A stretch of DNA of 64,000 nt from Marsupella aquatica. Lineage: Eukaryota; Plantae; Marchantiophyta. Made by a program: the position numbers and the translations under genes. Shown piece after piece: positions 12,099 to 24,886 of this stretch; positions within the stretch are counted from its first letter, which is position 1; every line of letters begins with the position of its first letter. The notes beneath the pieces are model-generated. The model did not search any database, was not told the DNA's origin, and saw only the letters and a list, made by a program, of their open reading frames with translations. The stretch covers positions 23,830,281-23,894,280 of the forward strand of contig OZ316895.1 in the NCBI GenBank assembly GCA_973895155.1. Direction: 5' to 3'.

Positions 12099-12780
12099 AT
12101 GTCTTCCAAGCCTATGGCGATGCCAACATTCTATTTTATCCCACCACTTGTGGTGACGACATTGTGTCAAGCGCAACATTCAGAATATCTTCAGCACAAT
12201 GGGCTTGCAGACTTTGTTTCGGGAGTTCGTTGGGACACTAAGAGTCATTCTAAGTCTGACATGATAGATTTCATCCGGAACTTTGACAGTGAACAATCTG
12301 AAACATGGGTTTGTGGGGGAAGAATAGACTTGAGTTTGGATTCTATCAAGAAGACATTCAAGTTGCAAGGGTCAGGGGAGCCATTTGAGCAAAAAGCAGT
12401 TTGATATAATCCAAGGTCATTCGCAGGGATTAAAAGGAACGACAATGGTTCTTACTCATTGCAATATTGCAAAGATTCCCTAATCAGAGAGAGGCTAGAG
12501 TTTCAATTGGGGGCTCTTCACTTTAAGGGGAGCAGGGCCGATGTGTCTTTGTGCCAGATAAAGCAAGTTGAAGAAACAAGTAGTAGGAAGAATTGGGGAG
12601 AATATCTCGGCGGGAGACTGATCGACCTCCTTTGCAGAGCCCGGAAACAAATCTCCAAAGGTAACATGACTTGCACTTACAATTTTGGATCCCATCTGCA
12701 AATTCTGTTGAGTGAGAAGTCCCCTTCAATTGTGTCTTTGCCAAGGCCACAGGTATTCCATTGGAAAACATCTACTCAAG
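12099..12780 (+). pseudogene. Decayed transposon-associated ORF, a distant relative of the N-terminal domain of ORF 536-2467
   Basis: ORFs 12099-12404 and 12459-12872 share a frame across one TGA. The pattern ...TFKL.G.G...Y...YC.D...R.RL.F...NWG.YL parallels ORF 536-2467. Confidence 0.45.
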
Positions 12781-13265
12781 TGGGTGTGGAGCCATGGAGT
12801 GGAAAACCACGGGGTGGAGGAGAACTGCCGAGGACAAAAACATCTCACAATGCATCTGCAAATTGTGAATGACGATGATGCAATGTCAGGACATGCAAAA
12901 GGAACTGTTGTTTCTAGTGTGCATGAGGGTGATCCATGTAGCAGTGGAGGACTTCTCGGGCTGTTCTCAACCAATGGAGCAGAGCCGCAAGGTCAACAAG
13001 ATGGTTCTTTTGTCCATGAAGACATTGAGTCTTCAAGAGACAGAACCTCTGTCGGGGGGTAAGGAACATGAAATGTCAGGGAAGACATTGGGTGAAGCGG
13101 AAGCAAAGCCTGGTTTCCAAAATACGTATCCCATAAGGGTGACCAGTACGTCCAAAAAAATAAAGTCGTAACACTTTGGTTATGAGAGAACTTTGACACA
13201 CCCTAGTGGCCATGTACCTTCTTAGGAGCACACTTTCCTGTTCTGAATCAGTTATCATGTTATTC

Positions 13266-13725
13266 CTAGTTTACAGTAATACAGTTTGTTCTGGCAAGGG
13301 ATGTAGAGGTCTTACCGTTGTTGAGGTTGAAATTCAGATGTTGGCTCTTGTCAGCCCATCCCCTCAACATACCTCTAATGCTAGAGGATCTCTTGATGGT
13401 CAAATCCTGGCTCAACACCAAGGCTTCAGTAGCAGTCCACCACCGTCTTTCTCTTTTCCCTGGTCCAGTCTTAAGCCCTTGTACAATGATCGCCTTTGCC
13501 AACTTCACCCACTCACTGGTGACCCCAGTCAAGATCTTGGCAATAAGCCTCATCTTCAGAGCCTGTGCTTGTTCCCTGAATGGCAGAGCCCCGAGTCCTC
13601 CCATTCCCTTGGATGCAGCAAATGTCCTTCCAGCCCATGAGAGCTTTTTTATGGTCATTATTCTGTGACGGTCCCCACACAAACCTCCTACAGATCTTCT
13701 CAAGTACCATCTTAAGTTGTATCAA
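13266..13725 (-). mobile_element. L1-clade LINE ORF2 fragment (post-RT region), frameshifted
   Basis: EKICRRFVWG...KKALMGWKDIC, then a frameshift to K.MGGLG....Q.QALKMRLI.KIL....EW, which is the typical plant L1 post-RT segment. Confidence 0.8.
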
Positions 13726-14299
13726 AGTAAATTTTTAACCATAACCTTACCATCTCAAATCTGTTTGGGCTGGAATTTTTCTTTCAGCTGCCTAGCTTGG
13801 GGACCTACTCACTAAAAACAATTGAAGAAAATAATTTTACCATAATTTTTTTTATAGCTTTATCGTCTCAAATTAGTTGGGCTGTAAGTTTTGTGCATCT
13901 AGCTTTGGGACCTACTCACTAAGAATATTTGGAAAAAATAAGTCTCATCACCGCTATCAGATGAATTAGGTGAGAAAAGAGAAAGAAAAAAGACACTCAG
14001 AAAAGAGATGGGAAAAAGGAAATATAAAAGTGACGTGGGGAGTGAGCGGAAGAAAAGGAAACTCGTGGGTGGCAAGAAGACGGGAGAAAGGTAGAAGAGA
14101 GATAACATATAAGGTTTATTTAAGCCACAAGTAAGTTATGAGCTCTTGCCTAAAAAGACTGGGGTGCACATAATAAATTTGATCCGCAGATTTCGAATAG
14201 CAAGTCAAATACATTAGCGAGTAGAGAAGGGGCAAATGATTTAGAGATTGACGCTCATTCTCCTGAGATGGTGCTTATTGATATAGAGATTGACGCGCA

Positions 14300-14871
14300 T
14301 TTTCCTGAGATGGGGTCACAAGCTCCGGCTAAGATAAAATAAAGAACGCTGGAGGGTTTAGGTAATTTTATCATCTCAATCCTTTCATTTTGAAACAATG
14401 CTTCTGGGAAGCCCATACATGCAAAGGCCTCTTGTCAGCTCTTACTGACCCAATTCAGGACGTTCTTCTTTCCGGGAGAAGAACTGATGGACATTTCCTG
14501 AGATGGGGTCAGAAGCACTCGCTACTAGGAAGAAAGAACGCCTGAAGGGAGGTACTTTTATCAGCAAAATCCTTTCATTTTGAACAATGCTTCTGGGAAA
14601 CCCATAGACGCAAAGGCCTCTTGTCAGTTTTTGTAGATCCAATTCAGAACGTTCTTCTTTCCGGGAGAAGAACTGATGGACATTTCCTGAGATGCTATCA
14701 AAAGCACTTGCTATGATACAAGGAAAGAACGCCTGAAGAGTGGTACTTTACAAGCAAAATCATTTCATTTTAAGACACTGCTTCTGGGGAGCCCATAGAC
14801 GCAAAGTCCTCTCGTCAGCTTTTAGAGATCCAATTCAGGACGCTCTCCTTTCCGCGAGAAGAACTGATGGA
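14300..14871. repeat. Three-copy ~190-bp diverged tandem array
   Basis: CAATTCAG.ACG.TCT.CTTTCCG.GAGAAGAACTGATGGAC recurs at ~14451, ~14640 and ~14831, with the intervening sequence also shared. Confidence 0.85.
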
Positions 14872-16175
14872 CTGCCCGATTTCGATGAACCTACCCTGTG
14901 ATAGAGCATTCTCCTTTCGTGGTTTTCCTTCAGAAGAGAAGCACAACTGACTGCGATTTGTATCAGTCATGCAACCAATCAGGCCAGTATGGCCAGACCA
15001 GTAGTGGTAAGACAAATAGTAAAAGTAACACCAACCGCCCTCAGACACGATGTCTTCAGTGATACAGATGGTCAGCCATGCCCCTTCACACATCTGTATT
15101 TTTTTTTCGAACTATCGTCTCTTTTCCACAATGTGCCCTCGTGCTCCTCGGGCTCCTCGGATGAGTCCCCCGCAGTTCAGGGTGCTGTCGATGGAGAGCT
15201 TCTCATCTATCATTGATCGCTTTTGTCTCGTTCACCACGAAAACTGAGATGCATGATTGCAAATTTTGAAGTTCGCGGGTGAACAATACCTGAGGACGTG
15301 TATTTCAAGTACAGATGACCAACAGAGACATCTTCAGGAATTAAGTTCTGTAGACAATTGCAAATAGTTACACTGATACGAACAGTTCAATGAGAAAGAA
15401 AATTCTCTCGTCGAAGAAGTTGTTTTCTGAGTCCTCTCTGCAGGATGTACACCTGAGAATGGCATTAGTTCTACCATCGCCCACGGCACTACAATTGACC
15501 CACCTGTAAAGTCCACTGCCGCACCTAACCGTGCCATCGACCTCTGCTCGTCGAATTTCCAGAAGAATTTAGGGTATATACTACTTCCGTAATTTGCGAC
15601 TGGGGGCCTCAAAGCGCGAAGTTGGGTTGGTAGGACAACATGCCGAACTTCTTGTCCATGTGACCCAAGACGATATATTCTGGTCGTCAAAGCCAAATAC
15701 AAACAACCGAACGTCAGAGCACAACTGAGTAACGTAACATTTCGCACATCCGTGATTTCAACTGTCAAGAAGTAACTCAAAAAAGTTTTTTGTTATATGT
15801 CGTCCCGTAAATCTAGAAATTTATTGTCTCACAATTAAACACTTTGAAAATCATTTTCTTCCCGATGTGTTTGTCAGTGGCAGTACCTGAGGGGTTGAGA
15901 ATGGCTTTTAGCTCCCCTTGCTCGCAAAATTGGGGACTGGATTAGAGTCTTTCAGGCCTGGTAAGGGCTCGTTAAAGCGCCAAATTGCATAATCTCACAG
16001 CTCCTGTCACAGATCTGTCATCGTCGATGGCTGCAATACGCTTCCAACATGATGCTTTTCGACCGAATGCCCTTCCTTGATCAAGCAAACAAGGAAAACC
16101 TGATTTTATCTGGGCTGCAAGTGAGCACCGCTTTAGAGTCACTTTCCACCCAGTGCAACACAGCTTTCATTCTTG

Positions 16176-19100
16176 TCACCAGTAATCACCACACGAACAT
16201 ATGCCATCTTTAAAATGGTGAAAGCGAATTGCATCCCTCGCTATAATCTCACGTCCTGTCACCTTAGAGATAAACTTGGTTGCTGTGTGGCAATCTGGAC
16301 AGACCCGAAGGTTCTTCTTTATACGAATTGTTTCCCCCCGAGGTATGTGCATGAGTCCGTAAGCAATAGCCAACTTCTCACTGTGAGAGCAAAGAGCTAA
16401 TTCTTTATCCTCCTCATCGATATCATGCAACACAAGCCTGGTATCTGGAATATAGCCTTCAGACTTCAGTTCTTCAGTCAATTTATAGAGCTCACTATAT
16501 ATCGCCTTCGACTCAGGGTGAGAAGTATCACCTACAACAAATTCATGGATCTTGTTATCAACCTCGATCCAGCTACGACCTGGCTCCTTCCGAACACCTC
16601 CCTCCTGCATCATGGTGCGCACCAATGACTTCTTTTCCCACTTACCAGCTGCAGCATAGATGTTGGAGAGGAACACATATGCAGAAGCATTGTTGAGGTC
16701 CAACTTGAAAAGCTCTTTAGCGGCAAACTCACCCAACTCCACATTAGCGTAAGTTCTACAAGCCCCAAGCAGGGCTGCCCAAGTTACTCGATCTGGTTCA
16801 ATTGGCATGTCAGTAATGAAGAGCCTTGCTTCCTCCAAGTGTCCAGCCCGCCCAAGAAGATCCACCATGCAGTTATAATGCACAATGTCAGGCTTGATGC
16901 CATAATCTTTTGTCATAGCTGAAAACAGTCTACGACCATCATCAACAAGGCCTCCATGAGAACAGGCTGAAATCACTGCCACAAAAGTAGCCCTGTTGGG
17001 CTTCACAAAGTGCGCATTCATTCTTCTGAAGAGTGCCAGGGCTTCGCGCCCACATCCATAGTCTGCAAGTCCTTTGATCATGGTATTCCATGTGACTACA
17101 TCACGTTTCTCCATTCTGTCAAACACTAGTCGGGCGTCGTCTAAATTGCCACTCTCTGCAAGCATGTGAACCAGTGCTGTGCCCACACGCAAATCCGACT
17201 CAAGTCCTGCTTTCCTAGCTTGGCCATGAACCTCCTTCACCCACTCCAAAGCCCCCGCACTCGAAGATGCATTGAGAATACTCGCAAAAGTGAATGCATC
17301 TGGTTCGAAGCCTTCGCGTCTCATTTCAAGAAACAGTCGATATGCTTCAACATCTCGACCACTTTCAGCATATACTCCAATCATAACATTCCACGTGATG
17401 CAATCTCGATTAGTCAATTTTTCAAATATTCGCCTTGCCTCCATAATGCGTCCACACTTTGCATACATCTGAAGGAGGGCAGTCCCTACACGCACATCTG
17501 ATTCAAACCCGGCATGTCGAATACACCCATGAATTTCTTTCCCCCATTTGAGAGCTAAAGGGCCGGCACATGCCTTCAGGATGCTCGCAAAAGTGAATGC
17601 ATTTGGTTCAAAGCCTTCCCGTCTCATTTGGCGAAACAGTCGATATGCTTCATGCCCACATCCATGTTGTGCAAGTCTATCGATCATTGCCGTCCATGTG
17701 ACTACATCGCGTTTCTCCATTCTGTCAAAAACTCGTCGGGCGTCATCTATACTGCCACTCTCTCCATATATGTGAACCAGCGCAGTGCCCACACGCAAAT
17801 CCGACTCCAGTCCGGCTTTGCGAGCATGGCCATGAACGTCCTTCACCCACTCCATAGCGCCCGCACTTACAGAAGCTTTGAGGATAATTATGTAAGTGAT
17901 TGCATCTGGTTCGAAGCCTTCGCGTCTCATTTCAAGAAACAGTCGATATGCTTCAACACCTTGACCACTTTCTACACATGCTCCAATCATTGTGGTCCAT
18001 GTGACAATGTTTCGATTAGTCAATTTTTCAAATACTCGCCTTGCCTCCATAATGCACCCACACTTTGCATACATCTTGAGGAGGGCATTCCCTACACGCA
18101 CATCTGATTCAAAGCCGGCATGTCGAATACACTCATGAATCTCTTTTCCCCATTTGAGAGCTATTGGGCTGGCACATGCATTCAGGATGCTCAGATATGT
18201 GATCTCATTAGGCTCCACACCTTCTTGGCGCATTTCATTGAGAAGTTCTAGTGCAGATTCAGCATGATTACTCTTAGCATATCCTACAATCATGTTGGTC
18301 CAAGTAACAACACTCTTCTCCTTCAGCTGATCAAAAACTCGGCGTCCCATCAACAATTGCCCACATTTGATGTACACATTCAGTAGGGTTACCGCCACAA
18401 ATAGATTCTTATCCATGCCACTCTGGATGATGTGGTCATGCACCTGCTTGGCTGCTGAAAGGTCTTTCTGTTTCGAGCACATTTGCAGAACTTTAACAAT
18501 TGTGTACGGGTCTGTTGTAATGCCTCGTTGCAGACGATTGTGCAACACAGCAATTGCTTGACTTGTGGTCCCCGCCTTATGCATGTCCGTGCTGTCATTC
18601 CCCTGTGAGAAAATTCCCTCCGTGAGCACAGTTGCGCACGTTGGTCCTGAACATATTCCAGCGGAATGTCAGTTGGAAATACCTGTTTAAATAGAACCAC
18701 AATCTCCCCTGACCTTTAGCTTCAACAGCAGAAGCACGAAGACACTTTCGATAATTTAGCTCGCAAATTCAAATTTACCATTTCCAGCAGTGTCGTTGGT
18801 AGCATTTGCAACTTGCTTCACCAAACTGGCTCGAACGCTTTTGATTCCATCCTTTAATGCAATGGCCTTTGCCACCGTCACACCATCCCTATTAACTTCA
18901 GGAGAATCAAAACTTTGCCCAATAAGCACATTTCGACCCTGGAAAAGAGTTACAGATTCACAAAGCAATGAGTGACTAGTTCAAGGATGTCACACACCTA
19001 CGACACTAAAGATAATTGTATAAGGGGCAGACAAATTACGTTAAGCAGCTGTCGTCTATACCTTTGGGCCCATGGGAACCTTCACAGCATCTGGTAATTG

Positions 19101-19354
19101 CTCACCACCTTGGAGTATAAGAGCCCCTGCCTCGACTCCAAACCTGATATCCTCCCGCCCATAATTTCGCACCCGTTGCGACCTGCTTGAATTCTGCAAT
19201 CGCAACTCCCAGTCAGACCAACAAGGGCCTGCTAATTGCGTTAAGGACAACGCTCGGGTTCAACTGCTATGGTCTCAAACAGAGTACAAATGAACGGAGA
19301 TTTACGATTCACCTGTGATTTGAGAGATAAGTGGTGAACACTACTTCCTAACAT
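16176..19354 (-). CDS. PLS-class PPR protein with E1/E2/DYW cytidine-deaminase domain (putative organellar C-to-U editing factor); predicted exons 19354-19313, 19193-19062, 18938-18779, 18646-16176, with an HSP60-derived N-terminus
   Basis: P-L-S repeats, PGRSWIEV (PG box), HSEKLA, CPDCH and terminal CSCGDYW. The long ORF has no ATG at its start but a CAG acceptor at 18649-18647 joins in phase to the upstream exons. Confidence 0.92.
18600..19354 (-). other. HSP60: Degenerate 5' exons of mitochondrial chaperonin-60 (HSP60/CPN60) fused to the PPR gene
   Basis: The spliced translation RNYGREDIRFGVEAGALILQGGEQLPDAVKVPMGPK/GRNVLIGQSFDSPEVNRDGVTVAKAI...SLVKQVANATNDTAGNG/PTCATVLTEGIFSQG aligns with the HSP60 consensus RNYAAKDIKFGVEARA...VTMGPKGRNV...DGVTVAK...VKQVANATNDVAGDGTTCATVLTRAIF.EG. 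Confidence 0.88.
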
Positions 19355-21304
19355 GCTACCTAGACAGTACAATCCGACCATGTCTACTAGCGACTCAGTG
19401 GATAAAAACCTACTGGTAGAGGACGGAAAATTAGGAACTGAGGACCTGAATAATCCAATCTATCCGGGAACAATTGAGCATTGGAGAGGAGGGTCAGTAA
19501 CTCACACATAGAAGCTGGAGTAACATTCCATTTCCTATGGCACGGTAGAACTAATTGAGAACGTATTTCATTTACACAAATGTGTGCTTGCTGTTACCCA
19601 CGGCGAAGTCAAAGGGTCTCGCTTGGGTATTCAAATATAATCTCACGATATTTCTATTCATTCTCCTCTGCTCGGGCCCCTCTTCGGAACCCTGAAATTA
19701 TTCGAAAGTCAGGTCAACTAAGGTTAGGGCTTAGTACGCACACCATACTCACTTGTTGAAAGGCACATCTCCTGCAAGATGAAACGGGCGGTCAGCAGCT
19801 AAGATGGAGAATCGGATACACTAGCTATACAAAAAAACTTTCCCCGTGCTCGCTAAACTAGAAAACGTTCACAGAAACGGTTGGATCGATTGTTGATAAG
19901 CAGTCGACAAGTCTGCCAGAGAGTATTGAGGGAGCAATTTAGGTCGATCATTTCGGTACAACCTAAGAACAAAGTTAACTATCTCCATATTGACATCAAT
20001 CTTCGCTGCCTCATAGAAGGCAGTGACTTCTCCGTGAATTTCTTGAACTAAACCATTACACGGCAAATCATCTTCATTGATTGATTCTCCACCGCGAAAA
20101 CACTCTGCCAATACACCGCCCACCCGTAACTTTGGAATTCAAAGGTAATGCTCCTATGTAGATTCATTATTAAACGCTGACAGTGAAACTTTCATAATCT
20201 CGCAGCATAGCCGAATCTCTTCACCCACAATAAAATTCATATTCAATGCAGACGTGCGCAATGTGACACGAGGAAAGAAATATTGAAGAGGCTGTATATG
20301 TTTTCAAAGGCCTAACTCCGCAAATCAAATCCAAACTCCCAGTCAGCAAATCCATCTGATTCCACTACTTACCATGACCTAAATCTCATGACCTAACAAG
20401 ATGTCCGGGATCTCCCATCTACTACTGTGACCCAAACTACAGATCCTGGGTCATACATAAACCTCAGGAAAATCTTGCACTCACTAAGGCCCTGTCGCAG
20501 CAGGCATTCCAAAGACGACGACCCAAAAGAAGGCATTAAGAGAAGGGTAGAAGAATAGACTGACAGCCAAGAATTGAAGAGAACACGAAGTAACCCACCT
20601 TGCAGCAGACACAAAGGCTGTCGCCGGCCTCTGCATTGTCGAAGCTCGCTGCCTGCTGCTGACTGCTTGTGTAATGAATTGAGCATGAGGCAAAACTGCA
20701 AAACCAGGAACAAACTTATCTCGGCCACCTCTACACTGCTTGTACCCGTCTTGCTGGAATGCTGGGCTGAATATGCACCCAATCCAGATGTCAGCAGCCT
20801 TGACTGCATGGTCCTCATAACTAAATGTCTAAGCCATATATTTCAATCGGTGATCAGCGAAAGTGCGGCTTCCACCATACATGTACCTGAGTATGGTTCA
20901 GACGAGTGGGAAATGCATTTATGGATGCGTCAAAAGTTCCTGCCAGGCGTTTCTAGTCGTCTTCTCAACTCTTTTCCAATATCAGCACCAGTAGTTCATC
21001 TTCTACCGAAGGTAACGACCAAAGTGTAAATAAGGAACCGTTTTCCTCCATTCTGACTTTATAAAGCAATCTTTTCCTTTTATCAGTCAGCTCTTGCACA
21101 TTGTCTCTCTTATTGTTATGTGCTGCCACGCTTGTACCTTGTTTGGGGCTATTTTGCCTTGGTTTGCTTTGTTACATGTTTTCAGTGCTCAAGAGCGCAC
21201 AAAATGTAGAATTTTCAACTGATTCCCTTCGGTGTCTACATGTGTGTCTGACTGTAGGTTGAAGAGGGTTTAGTAGCTTTGAACGTTGGAACATGTGCGG
21301 TCAT

Positions 21305-21445
21305 GTTCCAATTCATGATGCCCACTACTGATGGGATTGACAACAAACAACTTGATGTGGTTGTGGAGTATTTCTCACATGTTCCAATGCATGATACCCA
21401 CTGCTATTGGGATTGACAACAAACAACTTGATGTGGTTGTGGAGT
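21305..21445. repeat. Two-copy ~75-bp tandem duplication
   Basis: GTTCCAAT.CATGAT.CCCACT.CT..TGGGATTGACAACAAACAACTTGATGTGGTTGTGGAG occurs twice. Confidence 0.8.
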
Positions 21446-22329
21446 TTTGAAAGTGCCTAGTATGGAAAGGTACATATCTCCGTTGTGCGAATAAAATTGT
21501 CGTTCCTTTGATGTGAAGTGGCCACGAGATATTTGCCAAGATTGTGGAAGGTCATAATCTTTTTCGACGATATTCAGTGTATTGTGGTCATAGTGGTTTC
21601 CGTCTTCAAATCTATTTTTCTGGGGTACTGTAATTGAAGGACACCACACCCAAGGGCCGAGTTGGCGGCAGACGTAAGAGAGCATTTACAAGGCCTACTT
21701 TGGTTTGAGTAACTGAGAACTGGATGTCTTGGCGGTCCGAGCAGACAAAAGACAGCGACATCCCAGCAGATTTGAGTAGAGAAGCTCAGAATGTGTTCCG
21801 GACTTCAAAACTGGATAGACAATTGTTGTGAAGACCAATTATGCTCTATATCTCAATAAATTTCGAAGTATGTCCGCACTTATAAGAATATTGAAGACGT
21901 TGCTTCCCAGATATCAAATCTCAAACCTTCGAAAAACAAATGCATGATTCGTGATGAGTTTAGTAAATGTACTGATTTTGAGTGGAAGTCAGTCAAAAAT
22001 GGGCCTCAGACCTGCCATGGGCGAAAGGAAGGTACTAAAGTAAAACCTCCATGGAAGAGAAACGTACCAGCCTATGTAGCCTCGTTTTATCTACTCATTA
22101 AGCACAGCCCAAAATTTTCAATTGTAGATCTGAACACCATTGTCCGGAGCACAGAGTGGAGGGAGGAGTCACCAGGGAATTCTGTCACAGCAGAACGCCC
22201 TGGTCAGCCTGGGCCAGTGCTCAACGTAAGATAACGCACTCCATAGCTGGAGATCTCCTAATGAAAGCCATGGGGAGAACTCCCTCCTTAGAGGGCTTGA
22301 CCCAACACAGAAACCAAAGTTAACTGGCT

Positions 22330-24886
22330 TTATTTGGCCAATTCCTGAGCTGGATGAATGTAATCATGCTCTGAAGGTTGTGAAAAGTCTTCCGGCATGG
22401 ACTTCCAATGTAAAGAAGGTACCCAGTCAATGTGATTGGTGATCTCGTTCATCAACTCAGAAAGCAGAACCTTGCTCCCACTGGCACTTAGATGCATGCC
22501 ATCACTGCAAACAAATTACAATGGAGCCATCCAAATATCAGCAAAGATATCCTAGCCTCAGGGCTTGCCATTGCTATAGCATCCAAGATTGCCAAACTCT
22601 AAAGCGCCATCCTGCATATTTTCTCACCAGCAATGATGGAATTGTGCAAAAACCCTAATGAGGGAGATGAGAAGGAATTCCACAAATTCTCAATACATCT
22701 GTGCTGCGTCTTACGTCAGGCAGGAACCCCAGTCATCGTTTGATAGCTGAATCGCTGTCCATAAGTCTACAACACCAACCCCTGCTTCTGATGCGGCAGC
22801 TTTACATGCAGCAGCATACTGGCCAGCACGCTCATTCGTTCGATCTGGATATTTTCGTGCGTTCTCCCCATGTTTGGCACTGCAAATAAAATAACGACTG
22901 AGCATCTCAGACATTGCTCTGAGCTCCAACATTGGTACACATGTAGGAAGAGGAACGAATAAGCACTTGATAGGTGCAAATCGGTCCCAGAAAAACTTTG
23001 AAATGCAAAGTGTACCTCAGATGCTTAATTCTGTTTTCCTCATGGATGGGTGGTGCTGTGATCAGTACGACTCGAGTTGTGTCTGAAAGTCCCTGAAATC
23101 CAGTCACAAACACAAAAGCATTTAGTCGACGAATCGGTAAAGCTGTACCAGTCATGGCATGTGAATTGCTCACTAAGATATTTGAGTGGAAATCAAAGAC
23201 AGAGACAAGAGAGAGACCAACAACAGGAAGTACGGTAAAGCATTCACAAAACATCCCACTCGAAGCTCAACCTTCAAATAGGAAGCTATTTTGATTAGGT
23301 TCCCCTTAAACTCGTCGATAGGCACAGCTTGACCCTTGCCACTCGGGACAGGAACTGCAGCATCATTTGCACCAAAGAAAACCACGACGAGAGCCGGTTG
23401 GGTAGGCATGTCCTGGAAGAAATGACACAGTGCTATGTTGAAGCACCACATGCTAATCATGGTGTGGAAAAGCGATAAGCAGAGCAAAATCAAGAACTCA
23501 GGCAGCTGTCTAAGCAGAACTCAGCAAACACCGATTGATATCAGGAGGGCTGCAATGGAAGGCAAATATATGTTACCTTCGCCCATATAGAATGCAAATC
23601 TCTGGTGTACTACATCAGTAGAGATATCATCTCTTCGTCATGCATTGTGATAGAAACAAAAACAGCGAAGCTGTGTGGAAAACTTGTCTAAAACTTATTG
23701 CTCCTCAAGACATAGATTCTTGCTGACTAACATAGAATACAGTTTATCAACTTTTCATCGACCGGAATTGGGTTTCTCTTGAAGTTATATTCCTTCAATT
23801 CAAACACCTAAAGGACACGGACACATCTCGGTTATCTCCAACTGTTGTCTCAACGGTAGCACTATTAGACCTAAGATTATCCATCCGTGAGCACAATAAC
23901 TACAACATCAAGGATAACATCTACATATTTCCTGTACGTGGCTCACTATAAAACGCCGTTTGCAACACGAAAACGAACGCAGATTTCTCTTACCTTCGGG
24001 AAAATCTGATATAGCACAGAAAGAGCCCTACGAGTGTTCCATCCACTGTAACCCCTGAGTAAGAAGTCCGCCTGCAAAAGTCCAAAGAGAGGGTGTGAAA
24101 AGAGGGTAAATCCAATTTGAGGAAACTAACTCGCGGGTATCTAGTAGGTATACACTCTAACTCACAGCTTCGGTGCACTCAATTTATAATTTGCTTTAAG
24201 AAAACTGTAAACTTTATGTTTAACTCTGTCCTTCAATGAAAAGAATCTAGGTTGCGAAATTTTCTTGCTCTGGAGGATTCCATGAAGCTCAAAACGGGAA
24301 GAATCTCATTCAAATTTTCCTCCAGAGAATAATCCGATGCTACTGATCTAGTGGCCAGATTTCCTTTGTGTGCACTGCCGAAGATCAGGGCTCATCATAT
24401 CTCACACTACTGAGAACTAGCCTCACATTAGATTTGTTCATACGAATTGACTTTGCTGTAATGATTCGGGAACCCATCTTCAGGTCGCCCCGGGGCTTCC
24501 GTAGGAGAGAACTCTAAGACGATCCCCAACGATGGGCTCATTGTGATCAATATAACTTGGGAAATGGCACATTGCCTACCTTCAGGTCCGATTTCTGAAC
24601 GAGCAAACGAAGAGATCTCTCATCGGGTGCATATTCTAGCTCTCAGACTCGTTACAGGGGACGACGATCCACGAGGAGAGCCAGAGAAACACGATTTGGA
24701 CTAGACTCCAGATCAACAAATGCGTTGGGAACCAAAAACAAAAGGAACAGAGTGCAAAAGAGTATGCGTATGTACCTTCCGTTGATAGAGATCCTGAAAC
24801 GCAGCTCCCCATCCACCCAGCTCATACGAGAATTGGGTCATGGAAGCTCCGAACAGCACAAACAAGGGCCTCTGATGCGCTGCCAT
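22330..24886 (-). CDS. SGNH/GDSL esterase (IAH1/CPRD49-like), 6 exons
   Basis: Block I FVLFGASMTQ (catalytic Ser), RGYSGWNTR, FFGANDA, LITAPP and DGMHLS...WVPSLHWKSMP. GT-AG exons lie at approximately 24886-24776, 24075-23993, 23412-23272, 23092-23015, 22881-22715 and 22506-22330. Confidence 0.9.

Noticed and set aside
14300-14871. Possible C/D-box snoRNA cluster (TGATG/CTGA-like motifs in a repeated unit)
   Set aside because: There is no proper RTGATGA box C with a terminal stem, and no rRNA-complementary guide was recognisable.
18756-19250. Stand-alone functional HSP60 gene
   Set aside because: Only the first ~100 residues of the mature protein are present and GDGTT is degenerate. It is better explained as the leader of the PPR gene.
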